Origin: an uncultured Clostridia bacterium
Lineage (GTDB): Bacteria > Bacillota > Clostridia > Christensenellales > UBA3700
Reading direction: 5' to 3'
NCBI GenBank assembly: GCA_945992255.1
Contig: CAMFVQ010000010.1
Coordinates: 1,431-65,430, forward strand
DNA: 64,000 bases
Under the pieces are notes generated by a model. That model was not told the DNA's origin, made no database searches, and saw nothing but the letters and a program-made list of their open reading frames with translations. How positions within the stretch are numbered: the first letter of the stretch is position 1; each line of letters opens with the position of its first letter. A program made the translations under genes and the position numbers. This document shows positions 18,482 through 28,457 of the stretch, one piece after another.

Positions 18482-18710
18482 TGCAAAAAAATGGGGGGGA
18501 TATATTTCCAATGATTTTGGTGAGTGGCAATACAATAAAAGTTGTGATGAAAACAAAAAGCGTGAGTGAAAAGAGTGCAAAATATTAGGATTTTGGCAGA
18601 GATTTCGGTATTTGTTGATGTTAAAATAAGCCAAGAGTATAAGTAAAATAATGCCATGTAGATAGGGTGTAAATTCTTTGTAAATACAAGTATTTATGTG
18701 GCTTTTGGCA

Positions 18711-18739
18711 TTTACAAAGAAGATTTTTTGTACTAAAAT
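18711..18739 (+). promoter_or_regulatory. sigma-A-type promoter of the MMPL gene, -10 box ends 6 nt before the ATG
   Basis: TTTACA-17-TAAAAT, then AATAAT, then ATG 18746; no SD; the -35 box overlaps one arm of a 12-bp inverted repeat. Confidence 0.45.
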
Positions 18740-18745
18740 AATAAT

Positions 18746-21052
18746 ATGAATAAGTTCGCTAAGTTTATCGTAAAGCACAAAATTTTGATTGTCGGCATAA
18801 CAGTTTTGTTGTGTATTGCTTCTATTGTTGCGATGCTGAATGTCAACGTCAATTCTGATATTTTGTCTTATTTGCCAGAAGGCGTTCCTATGACCGATGG
18901 CATGAATTTCCTTAGGGAAAACTTCGGTATGGAGGGCGATGCAATCGTAGGTGTTGCCAACGTCGATTATGCGACAATGAAACAAATAACCGACACGATT
19001 GCCAAAGAAGAAGGTATCAAAGAGGGCGGTGTTATTTGGATTGGCACTTTGCTTGAAGCAAAGAAACCTGCAGGTATCCCTAGTTGGTTGTTCAACTTTG
19101 ACGACCTCATCAATGGAATGAAAGCCAATCAAGATTTGCTCAATTTGTTTTATCCTACTATGGGTGGAGAAAAAAGACCTGATGACTTTGCTTTCACTGA
19201 TGAAGTAAAGGCTCAGAAGGGCAATTATATGGTTATGCTCCAACTCAATGTTGCGACTTCCAGCCAAGAGGCGCTCGACCTTATCACCAAGATTGACAAA
19301 ACAATTTTGGCGGACTATGACCACGCAGTAGGCGGCAGTACTAAGATTACCAAAGATGTATTTGATTCTACCATTGGTGAGATTTGGAAGTATTTGCTTG
19401 TAGCTATTTTGGTGATGTTCATCATCTTGCTTTGTGCTACAACTTCACTTACTGAGCCGTTTATATTTATGATTACACTTGGTATCTCTATCCTTATCAA
19501 TATGGGTACCAACATAATATTGCCGAGTGTGTCGGTAGTTACTTTTGCGGCGTCATCTATTTTGCAACTTGGTCTTTCTATGGACTACGCAATTTTCTTG
19601 ATGCACGCATATTCGGAAGAGAGAGAAAAGACTTTGGATGAGAATTTGGCTATGCAAAGAGCAATTCCAAAGACATTCTCGACCATATCTTCATCTGCTA
19701 TGACCACTGTGTTCGGCTTCCTTGCATTGTTCTTTATGCAATTCAAGATTGGTGGCGACCTTGGTATCGTACTTGCGAAAGGTGTATTCTTGAGCTTGCT
19801 TACCGTACTTATTGTCCAACCTTGCTTGATGTTGATGACCAACAAACTTCACAACAAGTTGCAACACAAAATCATTGTGCCAAAACTAAAAGGCGTAGCA
19901 AGTTTTTCTATCAAGAATCGTAAAGTCATCGTTACATTGGCAATCATTGCACTTGTACCATGTATCATCATGCAAAATATGGTAGATATAAGCTATATCA
20001 AGTTCGTTGATGGACCAGCCAATCCAACAGAAATTCAAAAACAAGTTGACTCTATGAGCAACTCAATTATTGCTGTCGTACCAGTCAACCCAGAAAAGAA
20101 CTACAAGTTCCTAGAAAATCTCAAAAAAGTAGACAAAATCACCGCTACCATGGGTATGTATAACATGGTACCAGAAAATATAGGCAAGACTGTCGGCAGT
20201 ATGATTGAAAATGGAACAAAAGTGCCAGGTATGGAAATGTTGTCGAGCTTTGCCAACAATGGGTATACTATGTACTCCATTATGCTTGATTGTGACCCAG
20301 AGAGTCCAGAAGCAGCAGAGAGAGTAAAGCAAATCCATGCTTTGTTCCAAGAGCAATTCGGCGATGACTATTATATGACAGGTATGTCACAAGCAGTAGA
20401 AGACCTAAAACTTATCACTCCAAGGGACTTTGCGGTTGTATCAATATCATCTGTATTGCTTATTTTGGTGGTATTGCTCATAGCATTTAGATCAGTCAAA
20501 TTGCCAATCATTTTGATTGCAGTCATCGAGTTCGGTATCTTTGTCAACTTGTCATTTACCTATATGCTAAGACAAAGTATCAACTTCATGGCGTATATCA
20601 TCATCAGCTCAATTCAGCTTGGTGCGACAGTAGACTATGCGATTTTGTACACTGTCAAGTATCAACGCTATCTAGACATTACACCTGCTAAGGAAGCAGG
20701 ATATAGAGCGCTCAGAGATAGTGGAGCATCAATCTTGACATCTGTGGCTATCATGGCAGGTTGTTGCTTGTCTGTGGCACTTGTTACCAGCAACCGAATT
20801 GTAGGTGAAATTACCTTGATGATTGCAAGAGGTGCGGTAGTGAGCGGTGTGTTGACTTTGCTTGTATTGCCTGCAGTGCTTGTATCATTCACCGGCAACA
20901 AAAAGCTCAAAAAGCTTGGTAAGAAAGAGTCTAAGAGAATCAAGAAAGCTAGCAGAAAGAATCCTCCTAGCGATGAAGGCGACTTAGAATCAACTCCAGA
21001 GCTTGCTTTGGCAGACAGCAATTTCGAACAAATGCAAGAGATTGTGAGATAA
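18746..21052 (+). CDS. MMPL/RND-superfamily transporter
   Basis: 768 aa, two 6-TM bundles each preceded by a large extracytoplasmic domain; lysine-rich C-terminal tail. Confidence 0.8.
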   Translation: MNKFAKFIVKHKILIVGITVLLCIASIVAMLNVNVNSDILSYLPEGVPMTDGMNFLRENFGMEGDAIVGVANVDYATMKQITDTIAKEEGIKEGGVIWIGTLLEAKKPAGIPSWLFNFDDLINGMKANQDLLNLFYPTMGGEKRPDDFAFTDEVKAQKGNYMVMLQLNVATSSQEALDLITKIDKTILADYDHAVGGSTKITKDVFDSTIGEIWKYLLVAILVMFIILLCATTSLTEPFIFMITLGISILINMGTNIILPSVSVVTFAASSILQLGLSMDYAIFLMHAYSEEREKTLDENLAMQRAIPKTFSTISSSAMTTVFGFLALFFMQFKIGGDLGIVLAKGVFLSLLTVLIVQPCLMLMTNKLHNKLQHKIIVPKLKGVASFSIKNRKVIVTLAIIALVPCIIMQNMVDISYIKFVDGPANPTEIQKQVDSMSNSIIAVVPVNPEKNYKFLENLKKVDKITATMGMYNMVPENIGKTVGSMIENGTKVPGMEMLSSFANNGYTMYSIMLDCDPESPEAAERVKQIHALFQEQFGDDYYMTGMSQAVEDLKLITPRDFAVVSISSVLLILVVLLIAFRSVKLPIILIAVIEFGIFVNLSFTYMLRQSINFMAYIIISSIQLGATVDYAILYTVKYQRYLDITPAKEAGYRALRDSGASILTSVAIMAGCCLSVALVTSNRIVGEITLMIARGAVVSGVLTLLVLPAVLVSFTGNKKLKKLGKKESKRIKKASRKNPPSDEGDLESTPELALADSNFEQMQEIVR

Positions 21053-21140
21053 ACAAAAAAAAAATAAATTTCTTAAAAGTTGACATTCAGTGTCAACTTT
21101 TTTCTTTTATAATAAAGTTGAAAGTGAAGGAGGTAGTGTT

Positions 21141-22013
21141 ATGACAAAAGATGAATTGATTAAAAAGTCGCAAGATGTGCTGACTTTTATTGACAAGGAC
21201 AAGATGCCATTTATTTATTATTTAGTAAAGGGAGTTGCCAATGATGAGTTCGAGATTGATGAGTTGCAAGAGTTTTGGGGATCAATACTTGACAACAGCA
21301 ACAGAGCTGTCAAACTGCCTGATGAGCTTGTAAAACTCATAGAAGAAATTTTGGTTGAAGATATAGATGAGGGCAATCGAGATGCAATGTGTGCTTTGGG
21401 TGAGCTGTATTACTATGAAGACGGTGGCAAACAAGACTATGACAAGGCTTTCGAGTCTTTTATAAAAGCGACCCAACGTGGCAGCGACAGGGCAAGAGAA
21501 AATCTTGGATTTTGCTATTATTATGGCAGGGGCTGTGAGGTAAACTACGAAAAAGCATTCAAGTGTTTTGTCAAAGGTGCTTTCCTTAATCGTATAGCAT
21601 CTATCTACAAGCTTGGAGATATGTATCGCAAGGGATTGTTTGTCGAGCAAGATGGCAAGACAGCTTTCGAGTTGTATTGCAAAGCCGATTCGTTGATCGA
21701 GGAAGATGATGACGGAGACGTTTTCAAGATTTTTGGGGCAGATGTGTCTATCAGAATGGCTGATTGCTATTATTATGGCATAGGTGTCAAGAAAAAAGAC
21801 TTGGAAGAGGCGTTGTTTTATTACAATCAAGCTGAGTCAATGTATATTCCTAGGATAAAAAACGGCGATTTTATGCACTTAGAAGCATATAAACGCTCAA
21901 TCGAGCAAGCCAAAATCATAAGAGAGGAGTTGCAAAAGAGTATACCCAAGTTTGAATGGGTAAAATTCGAGGGCATCAAAGGTAACAATACACGACAAGA
22001 TATTTTGGGATAA
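21141..22013 (+). CDS. Sel1-like repeat protein
   Basis: Repeated A..LG..YY.G.GV..D..KA..... units (GELYYYEDGGKQDYDKAF, GFCYYYGRGCEVNYEKAF, ADCYYYGIGVKKKDLEEAL); GAAGGAGG RBS. Confidence 0.75.
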   Translation: MTKDELIKKSQDVLTFIDKDKMPFIYYLVKGVANDEFEIDELQEFWGSILDNSNRAVKLPDELVKLIEEILVEDIDEGNRDAMCALGELYYYEDGGKQDYDKAFESFIKATQRGSDRARENLGFCYYYGRGCEVNYEKAFKCFVKGAFLNRIASIYKLGDMYRKGLFVEQDGKTAFELYCKADSLIEEDDDGDVFKIFGADVSIRMADCYYYGIGVKKKDLEEALFYYNQAESMYIPRIKNGDFMHLEAYKRSIEQAKIIREELQKSIPKFEWVKFEGIKGNNTRQDILG

Positions 22014-22160
22014 ATGCAAAATTGACTGCTAGTGAGCTATCGAATATGGTGCTAAGCGATTGTGACATTTCAGCATTGGGCAAGGCACTTTTGCCACTAT
22101 GCTTTACATATTCAACATTTAAGCATTTTTGCCATTATGCTATCAAATATCTAAACATTC

Positions 22161-22196
22161 CAAAAAAGTCCGCTAGTGATAGCGGACTAATTTTTG
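22161..22196. terminator. bidirectional rho-independent terminator between convergent genes
   Basis: AGTCCGCT-AGTGAT-AGCGGACT flanked by A6 upstream and T5 downstream. Confidence 0.75.
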
Positions 22197-22223
22197 TGAA
22201 TAGAAGTTGTTGATTTTTTGTGA

Positions 22224-23384
22224 TTAGAATTTGTTGACTGCTAGGAAGCCGTCTTGTTTACGCATTTCGGCAAGCACTTCTGTTGGCAATTCTTCATCAA
22301 TATCGAAAATCATATAACCAAGGTCGCCACGGCTGCTTGATACCAAGTTGGCGATGTTTATATTTTTGCTAGCAATGAATGAAGATGCACTAGCGATCAT
22401 ATTTGCTTTGTTTTGGTGCAAAATTGTAACTCTGTAGTTGGTTGTGCGAGGAGCGGAAGCGTTAGGGAAGTTGACAGAATTGACAACGTTGCCGTTCTCT
22501 AGATAATCTTTGAGTTGGTTGGCTGCCATAACTGCACAGTTGTCTTCAGCCTCTGCGGTTGAAGCACCAAGGTGAGGAATGGTGATGATATTTTCTACAC
22601 CAAGTAGTTCGCTGTTTGGAAGGTCAGTCACATATCTGCCTACACGACCACTCTTGACAGCTTCTACAATATCCGCATTGACAACCAATTCTCCACGAGC
22701 GCAGTTGATGATGACAACGCCGTGTTTCATTGTGGCAATAGTTGATTTGTTGATAGCATTTTTGGTGGTTGGGGTAGCAGGAACATGCAAGGTGATATAG
22801 TCACTCTTTGCATAAACAGTGCTGATATCGCTCACATAGTGTACGTGTCTGTCGAGAGACATTGCACCATTGACATCGAGATAAGGGTCATAACCTACAA
22901 CTTTCATACCAAGAGCAATAGCTGTGTTGGCAACAAGTCTACCGATAGCGCCAAGACCAACTACGCCAAGAGTTTTGCCATAGATTTCGTGACCTACGAA
23001 GGCTTTTTTGCCTTTTTCGACAAGCTTTGCAACATCGCTTGTTGGGTCAAGTTGTTCTGTCCAATTGATACCATCGACAATTTTACGAGAGCCAAGGAGC
23101 ATAGCGCAGATAACGAGTTCCTTAACCGCATTGGCATTGGCACCTGGAGTGTTGAAAACACAAATTCCTTTTTCGGTCATTTTGTCGAGTGGAATGTTGT
23201 TGACACCAGCACCTGCACGAGCGATAGCTTTGACAGTAGTAGGCACTTCATATTCGTGCATATTGAAGCTTCTGAGCATAATAGCATCTGGCTTGTCACA
23301 TTCGCTTGTAGTAGTGTAGTCTTTTGCTGGCAATACTGCATCAATCTTTGGACTGATTTCGTTGAGTTTCAAAATGTTGTACAT
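22224..23384 (-). CDS. serA: D-3-phosphoglycerate dehydrogenase
   Basis: 2-hydroxyacid dehydrogenase NAD-binding motif GVVGLGAIGRLV plus a C-terminal ACT-like domain; adjacent to serC. Confidence 0.9.
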   Translation of the reverse strand: MYNILKLNEISPKIDAVLPAKDYTTTSECDKPDAIMLRSFNMHEYEVPTTVKAIARAGAGVNNIPLDKMTEKGICVFNTPGANANAVKELVICAMLLGSRKIVDGINWTEQLDPTSDVAKLVEKGKKAFVGHEIYGKTLGVVGLGAIGRLVANTAIALGMKVVGYDPYLDVNGAMSLDRHVHYVSDISTVYAKSDYITLHVPATPTTKNAINKSTIATMKHGVVIINCARGELVVNADIVEAVKSGRVGRYVTDLPNSELLGVENIITIPHLGASTAEAEDNCAVMAANQLKDYLENGNVVNSVNFPNASAPRTTNYRVTILHQNKANMIASASSFIASKNINIANLVSSSRGDLGYMIFDIDEELPTEVLAEMRKQDGFLAVNKF

Positions 23385-23394
23385 ATATTACTCC

Positions 23395-24468
23395 TTATTT
23401 GTTTTGAAGTTCAAATTTCTTCATAAATTCTATCAATGCCTCAACGCCTTCTACTGGCATAGCATTGTAGATAGATGCTCTCATACCGCCAACGAGCTTG
23501 TGACCTTTGATAGAAACAAGACCATTTTCGCCAGCTTCTTTGACAAATTTTGCATCCATATCCTTGTCGCAAGTAACGAATGGAACGTTCATCAAAGAAC
23601 GATCTTCTTTGTTGACAAAGTTGTTGTAGAAGTCGCTGTTGTCGATGAAATCATAGAGCAATTTTGCTTTGTATTCGTTGACTTGTTGGATTGCAGGCAC
23701 ACCGCCCAATTTTTTGAGGTGTCTTAGGTTGAGCATTGCCATATAAATAGAAAAGCATGGTGGAGTGTTGTAAAGGCTGTCTGCCTCTGCTTGAGTTTTC
23801 CACTTTAGCATAATAGGACAAATGTCTTGACCTTCACCAATCAAATCTTTGCGAACGATAACGATTGTTACACCAGCTGGAGCAACGTTCTTTTGTGCGC
23901 CGGCATACATAACGCCATATTTGTTTACATCCATTACTTCACTCAAAATGTTGGAAGAAATGTCGGCAACAAGCACGCCGCTTTTGATAGTTGGAAGGGT
24001 AGTGTATCTTGTACCAAAGATTGTGTTGTTTTGGCAAATGTATGTATAATCAGTATCATCTCTGAGGTCAAGTGTCTTTGGAATATATGTGAACTTGGAC
24101 TCTTCAGAAGATGCAGCAAGGTGAATATCACCAAATTTTTGGGCAGCTTTGTAAGCTTTCTTTGCGAAGTTGCCAGTTACAACATAATCCGCTTTGCCAG
24201 TGCCAGTGAGTAGGTTGAGTGGAATAGCCTCGAATTGGGTAGATGCACCACCTTGTACTAGAAGCACTTCGTACTCATCAGGAATGTACATAAGTTCTCT
24301 GAGAAGAGATAGACATTCTGTATGAATTTCATCGTAAAATTTGCTACGGTGGCTCATTTCTGTTACGCTCATACCGCTGTTGTTGTAGTCGATAAAGTCT
24401 CTTTGGGCTTGTTCGAGTACTTCCATAGGCAACATAGATGGACCTGCTGAAAAATTGTATACTCTCAT
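23395..24468 (-). CDS. serC: phosphoserine aminotransferase
   Basis: 357 aa; N-terminus MRVYNFSAGPSMLP and overall SerC pattern. Confidence 0.92.
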   Translation of the reverse strand: MRVYNFSAGPSMLPMEVLEQAQRDFIDYNNSGMSVTEMSHRSKFYDEIHTECLSLLRELMYIPDEYEVLLVQGGASTQFEAIPLNLLTGTGKADYVVTGNFAKKAYKAAQKFGDIHLAASSEESKFTYIPKTLDLRDDTDYTYICQNNTIFGTRYTTLPTIKSGVLVADISSNILSEVMDVNKYGVMYAGAQKNVAPAGVTIVIVRKDLIGEGQDICPIMLKWKTQAEADSLYNTPPCFSIYMAMLNLRHLKKLGGVPAIQQVNEYKAKLLYDFIDNSDFYNNFVNKEDRSLMNVPFVTCDKDMDAKFVKEAGENGLVSIKGHKLVGGMRASIYNAMPVEGVEALIEFMKKFELQNK

Positions 24469-24519
24469 ATTCGTCTCCTAAATGGTATTCATAATATTAA
24501 AAATATTATTGTTACTACA

Positions 24520-24548
24520 ATTATAGCACCAAGTTAAAATTTTATCAA
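24520..24548 (-). promoter_or_regulatory. sigma-A-type promoter of serC-serA
   Basis: Minus strand reads TTGATA-17-TATAAT; AGGAG RBS follows. Confidence 0.5.
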
Positions 24549-24730
24549 GGAAATGAGAGGGCTATAAAGGCTTATATCGAGAATATTTTGGAGCAAAAAT
24601 AGTAGTTTTTGGGAAGAAAAACCATGCAAAAACACACTATAAATACGACAGAAGTATATTGAGAAGTAAAAAATGCTCCGATTTTTGTTTGGTAAAATCT
24701 TACAAAATCCAACAAAAAATTGCAAAAATC

Positions 24731-24747
24731 TCGATATGTATCGAGTT
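24731..24747 (-). repeat. 17-nt intergenic repeat AACTCGATACATATCGA, copy C (inverted orientation)
   Basis: Plus strand reads TCGATATGTATCGAGTT, the exact reverse complement of copies A and B. Confidence 0.9.
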
Positions 24748-24922
24748 ATTTGACTTTTTGGTGAAAGTGAAAAGTTGATTTTGGTAGCATAGTATTGCCA
24801 AAATATATTGGTGATATCATGTTATTCGAGTGCAATCTTTGTATATTTAGTCAAAAGCAGTTGAAGAGAAATGTCTGATTTTGACATTTTTTGGACATCG
24901 TTGGCAAGCCATAGAATTTGTC

Positions 24923-24951
24923 TTGCAATTTTGTATATTTTTATATATAAT
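24923..24951 (+). promoter_or_regulatory. sigma-A-type promoter of rnj
   Basis: TTGCAA-17-TATAAT. Confidence 0.5.
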
Positions 24952-24988
24952 AAATGTAGAATTTATATGCGTTAGCATCGGAGGATAT

Positions 24989-26644
24989 ATGGTAAGAAAA
25001 AAGAAAATGCTCAAAGTTGTATTTTTGGGCGGAGTAGGGGAGATCGGTAAGAATATGACAGCCCTAGAATACGGCGACAATATTTTGCTTATTGATTGTG
25101 GTTGTACTTTCCCTACTATGGATACACCAGGTGTCGATATTATCGTGCCTGATTTTTCGTATATTGAAGACAATTATGACAAGATTCGTGGTCTTGTGAT
25201 TACTCACGGACACGAGGACCATATTGGCGGAATCCCATTTTTGCTTAGCGAATTCAAGGGTATACCGCTATTTGGAAGTGCGCTTTCGTTGGCACTTGTA
25301 AAACACAAACTCAAAGAGCGTTCTATCTCTATTCCAAAACTCAATGTAGTCAAGGGTGGCGACATAAAGAAAATAGGCGGTTGTTTTGATGTAGAATTCA
25401 TCAGTGTAACTCACTCCATAAGCGGTGCGTTTGCATTGTCAATCACCACACCTGAGGGTGTTGTTTTCCATACCGGCGACTACAAAATCGACTATACACC
25501 TATCTCAGATGAGCATATAGACCTATCTCGTATTGCTGAGATTGGCAACAGAGGTGTAAAACTTATGCTTGGCGAGTCAACCAACATCGAAAAACAAGGC
25601 TCGACAATCAGTGAAGTTAAGGTTGGCGAAACGCTAGACAAAATCATCACCAGCAATTCCAACAAGCGTGTCATCATTGCCACTTTTGCTTCCAATGTCA
25701 ATCGTATTCAACAAATCGTTGATATTTGTGAGAGAGTGGGCAGAAAAGTTGCTTTCAATGGTCGCAGTATGAAGAATATCTCTGTGATGGCAAAGGAGCT
25801 GAAACTTTTGTCCGCAAGAGATACAACTATTATCGACATTGACAAAATAGGCGATATAGAGCCGCACAAACTTTGCATAATCACGACAGGTTCTCAAGGC
25901 GAGCCTATGAGCGCATTGACAAGAATGTGTATGGGTGAAGATAAGGTTATCGTGGGTGATCAAGACCTCATTATCATATCTTCATCTCCAATTCCAGGCA
26001 ACGAAAAGGCTATCTACAATGTTATCAACAACTTGTATCGCCGTGGTGCAAAGGTTGTATATGGTTCACTCGAAGCTTTGCACGCATCTGGTCACGCTTG
26101 CCAAGAAGAAATCAAGCTTATGACTACATTGGTCAAACCACAAATGTTCATTCCTGTGCATGGCGAATACAGGCATATGCAACAAAATAGAGATCTTGCA
26201 GTGTCAGTGGGCGTCAATCCAAAGAACACTATGATTGCAGAGATTGGTACTTGTATTGCTATCGAGAAAAAAGGCTTGAAAAGATTGGACAATGTGGTGG
26301 CAGGCAATACATACGTGGACGGACTGAGCGGTGTTGATATGGGCATTCTGAAAGACAGACACCAACTCAGCAAAGATGGATTGCTTATTGCTCTTATCAG
26401 CATATCAGTAGAGGATAAAGAAATGGCAGCTCTACCAGAAATCATTGCTCGTGGTATAAGCTTAGATGAGAGCCAAATCGAGCATATCAAGGGCATAATT
26501 GTTCAATTCTATGAGCAAACCAACTACAATATTAAGGAAAATCGTGACAGCTTCAAGTCCAATTTGCGTAAGAAAATCAACCGCTATCTCAACAACAAGC
26601 TTATGCAAAAGCCAATGGTGTTGCCGATAATTATGGAAAAGTGA
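24989..26644 (+). CDS. rnj: ribonuclease J
   Basis: Metallo-beta-lactamase/beta-CASP motif HGHEDHIGG; start set at MVRKKKML after a GGAGG RBS. Confidence 0.92.
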   Translation: MVRKKKMLKVVFLGGVGEIGKNMTALEYGDNILLIDCGCTFPTMDTPGVDIIVPDFSYIEDNYDKIRGLVITHGHEDHIGGIPFLLSEFKGIPLFGSALSLALVKHKLKERSISIPKLNVVKGGDIKKIGGCFDVEFISVTHSISGAFALSITTPEGVVFHTGDYKIDYTPISDEHIDLSRIAEIGNRGVKLMLGESTNIEKQGSTISEVKVGETLDKIITSNSNKRVIIATFASNVNRIQQIVDICERVGRKVAFNGRSMKNISVMAKELKLLSARDTTIIDIDKIGDIEPHKLCIITTGSQGEPMSALTRMCMGEDKVIVGDQDLIIISSSPIPGNEKAIYNVINNLYRRGAKVVYGSLEALHASGHACQEEIKLMTTLVKPQMFIPVHGEYRHMQQNRDLAVSVGVNPKNTMIAEIGTCIAIEKKGLKRLDNVVAGNTYVDGLSGVDMGILKDRHQLSKDGLLIALISISVEDKEMAALPEIIARGISLDESQIEHIKGIIVQFYEQTNYNIKENRDSFKSNLRKKINRYLNNKLMQKPMVLPIIMEK

Positions 26645-27228
26645 TGCAAGCGTTAGACAAACTATATAGTTATGCAAGAGAAAACTATATTCCTATCATC
26701 GATGATGAGAGTTTGGAGATTTTGATTGGGGAAGTTGTCAAAGCAAATCCAAAACGCATACTGGAAATTGGCACAGCGGTGGGATATTCTGGAGCGATTA
26801 TGCTCCAAAATTCTGAGGCGGTGCTAGATACAATTGAGATAGATGAAAATCGTAGAAATATCGCCTTGCAACTTTGGAAAGAGCTTGGGCTAGACGGCCG
26901 CATAAATAGCTATCTCGGCAGTGCCGATGAGATACTTGGCGAGGTCATCGAGGGCAAAGAATATGACTTTGTGTTTATCGATGGTCCAAAGAGCAGATGC
27001 AGTCAATACCTTGATGAATGTTTTGACCACATAACGAGCGGTGGAGTGATTTTCGTAGATGATGTGCTGTTCTTTGGAATGGTCAAAGGACAAGATTGGG
27101 TACCTCACAAGCATAGAACAATAGTAAACAATTTGAGAAAATTTTTGGATAAAATACAAAGCGATGAAAGGCTTGATGTCAACATTTTGGACATAGGCAA
27201 CGGCATTGCTGTGATAAGGAAAAAATGA
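26644..27228 (+). CDS. trmR: class I SAM-dependent O-methyltransferase (YrrM/TrmR-like)
   Basis: ILEIGTAVGYSG SAM-binding motif and FVFIDGPK; synteny with the downstream U32 gene as in B. subtilis yrrM-yrrNO. Confidence 0.7.
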   Translation: MQALDKLYSYARENYIPIIDDESLEILIGEVVKANPKRILEIGTAVGYSGAIMLQNSEAVLDTIEIDENRRNIALQLWKELGLDGRINSYLGSADEILGEVIEGKEYDFVFIDGPKSRCSQYLDECFDHITSGGVIFVDDVLFFGMVKGQDWVPHKHRTIVNNLRKFLDKIQSDERLDVNILDIGNGIAVIRKK

Positions 27229-28457
27229 AGAAGACAGAACTACTTGCTCCAGCTGGAGATATGAACAAATTGAAGACAGCATTGCACTTTGGTGCTGATG
27301 CAGTTTATGTGGGCGGAAGTGCGTTTAGTTTGCGTGCCAATGCCAAGAATTTTGATGACCAAATGCTCAAAGAAGCGGTAGAATATACTCATTCTGTGGG
27401 CAAAAAAATATATGTTGCGACCAACATTTTGGCGAAAAACAAAGATTTTGATATGCTTGGCGACTACTTTAAGTATTTGTACTCCATTGGTGCAGATGCT
27501 GTGATTATATCAGATCCGGGCGTGATGATGATTTGCAAAGAGTATGCTCCTCAGCTCGAAATTCACCTATCTACCCAAGCCAACACTACCAACAAATATT
27601 CGGCAAAATTTTGGGCGGAACAGGGCGTGAAAAGAGTTGTTTTGGCAAGAGAAACTTCTATGGAGGACATCAAAGAAATCCGAGAGTTTTTGCCTGATGA
27701 CATCGAGATTGAAGCTTTTGTGCATGGCGCAATGTGCATATCTTACAGCGGAAGATGCTTACTTTCCAACGCTTTGACAGGCAGAGCTAGCAATCGTGGA
27801 GATTGTGTACAAGCTTGCCGTTGGGAATATCAAATCGTGGAAGCACATCGTGGCGGTCAACCACTTACCATAGGTCAAGACGGCGACAAGGGAACATATA
27901 TCCTCAACTCTAAGGACCTCAATATGATTGAGCATATTGATGAACTCATCGAAAATGGTGTATATTCCTTCAAAATAGAGGGCAGAATGAAGTCGCCATA
28001 TTATGTGGCAAGTGTAGTCAATGCTTACCGCAAAGCTATCGACAGCTATTATGCCAATCCAACCGAGTACAAGCCAAGTGAAAAACTTGTCAGCGAATTG
28101 TACAAGAACAGCCACAGAGATTATACCACTGGCTTTTATTATGACAGCTCGGACAGCGTATGCCTCAACACTTCCCAACCAAAATGCGACTATGAATTTA
28201 TGGCGGAAGTTAGGGGATATGATGAACAAAGAGGCGGTATAGTTGTGGAACAACGCAATCGTTTCAAGATAGGTGATACTTTGGAGATTTTGTCAAACAA
28301 TGATGAGTATTGGAACAAACAACTTGTCATCGAAAATATGTATGATATGGAGGCTAATCAGGTAGATGATGCCAAACTTGTCCAACAAAAATTGTTTATC
28401 CCAACTCCATTCAAGTTGACAGAAAGAGATATTCTTAGAAAAGAGGTAAAGAGATGA
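27225..28457 (+). CDS. peptidase U32 family protein (TrhP-like)
   Basis: N-terminus ELLAPAGD and family-typical cysteines; ATGA overlap with the upstream gene. Confidence 0.85.
   Translation: MKKTELLAPAGDMNKLKTALHFGADAVYVGGSAFSLRANAKNFDDQMLKEAVEYTHSVGKKIYVATNILAKNKDFDMLGDYFKYLYSIGADAVIISDPGVMMICKEYAPQLEIHLSTQANTTNKYSAKFWAEQGVKRVVLARETSMEDIKEIREFLPDDIEIEAFVHGAMCISYSGRCLLSNALTGRASNRGDCVQACRWEYQIVEAHRGGQPLTIGQDGDKGTYILNSKDLNMIEHIDELIENGVYSFKIEGRMKSPYYVASVVNAYRKAIDSYYANPTEYKPSEKLVSELYKNSHRDYTTGFYYDSSDSVCLNTSQPKCDYEFMAEVRGYDEQRGGIVVEQRNRFKIGDTLEILSNNDEYWNKQLVIENMYDMEANQVDDAKLVQQKLFIPTPFKLTERDILRKEVKR

Noticed and set aside
18452-19324. A 290-aa minus-strand ORF spanning the pckG terminator, the intergenic region and the 5' end of the MMPL gene
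   Set aside because: It overlaps a clear terminator and a well-supported transporter gene. Its composition is odd and it has no recognisable domain or translation signals.
22022-22213. A 63-aa ORF (TTG start) in the convergent intergenic region
   Set aside because: It has a non-ATG start and no RBS, it runs through the bidirectional terminator hairpin, and nothing suggests it is coding.
21282-23426. Long antisense ORFs opposite the Sel1-repeat gene (21282..21830, minus strand) and serA (22785..23426, plus strand)
   Set aside because: They are opposite-strand shadows of recognised genes, with no independent signals.
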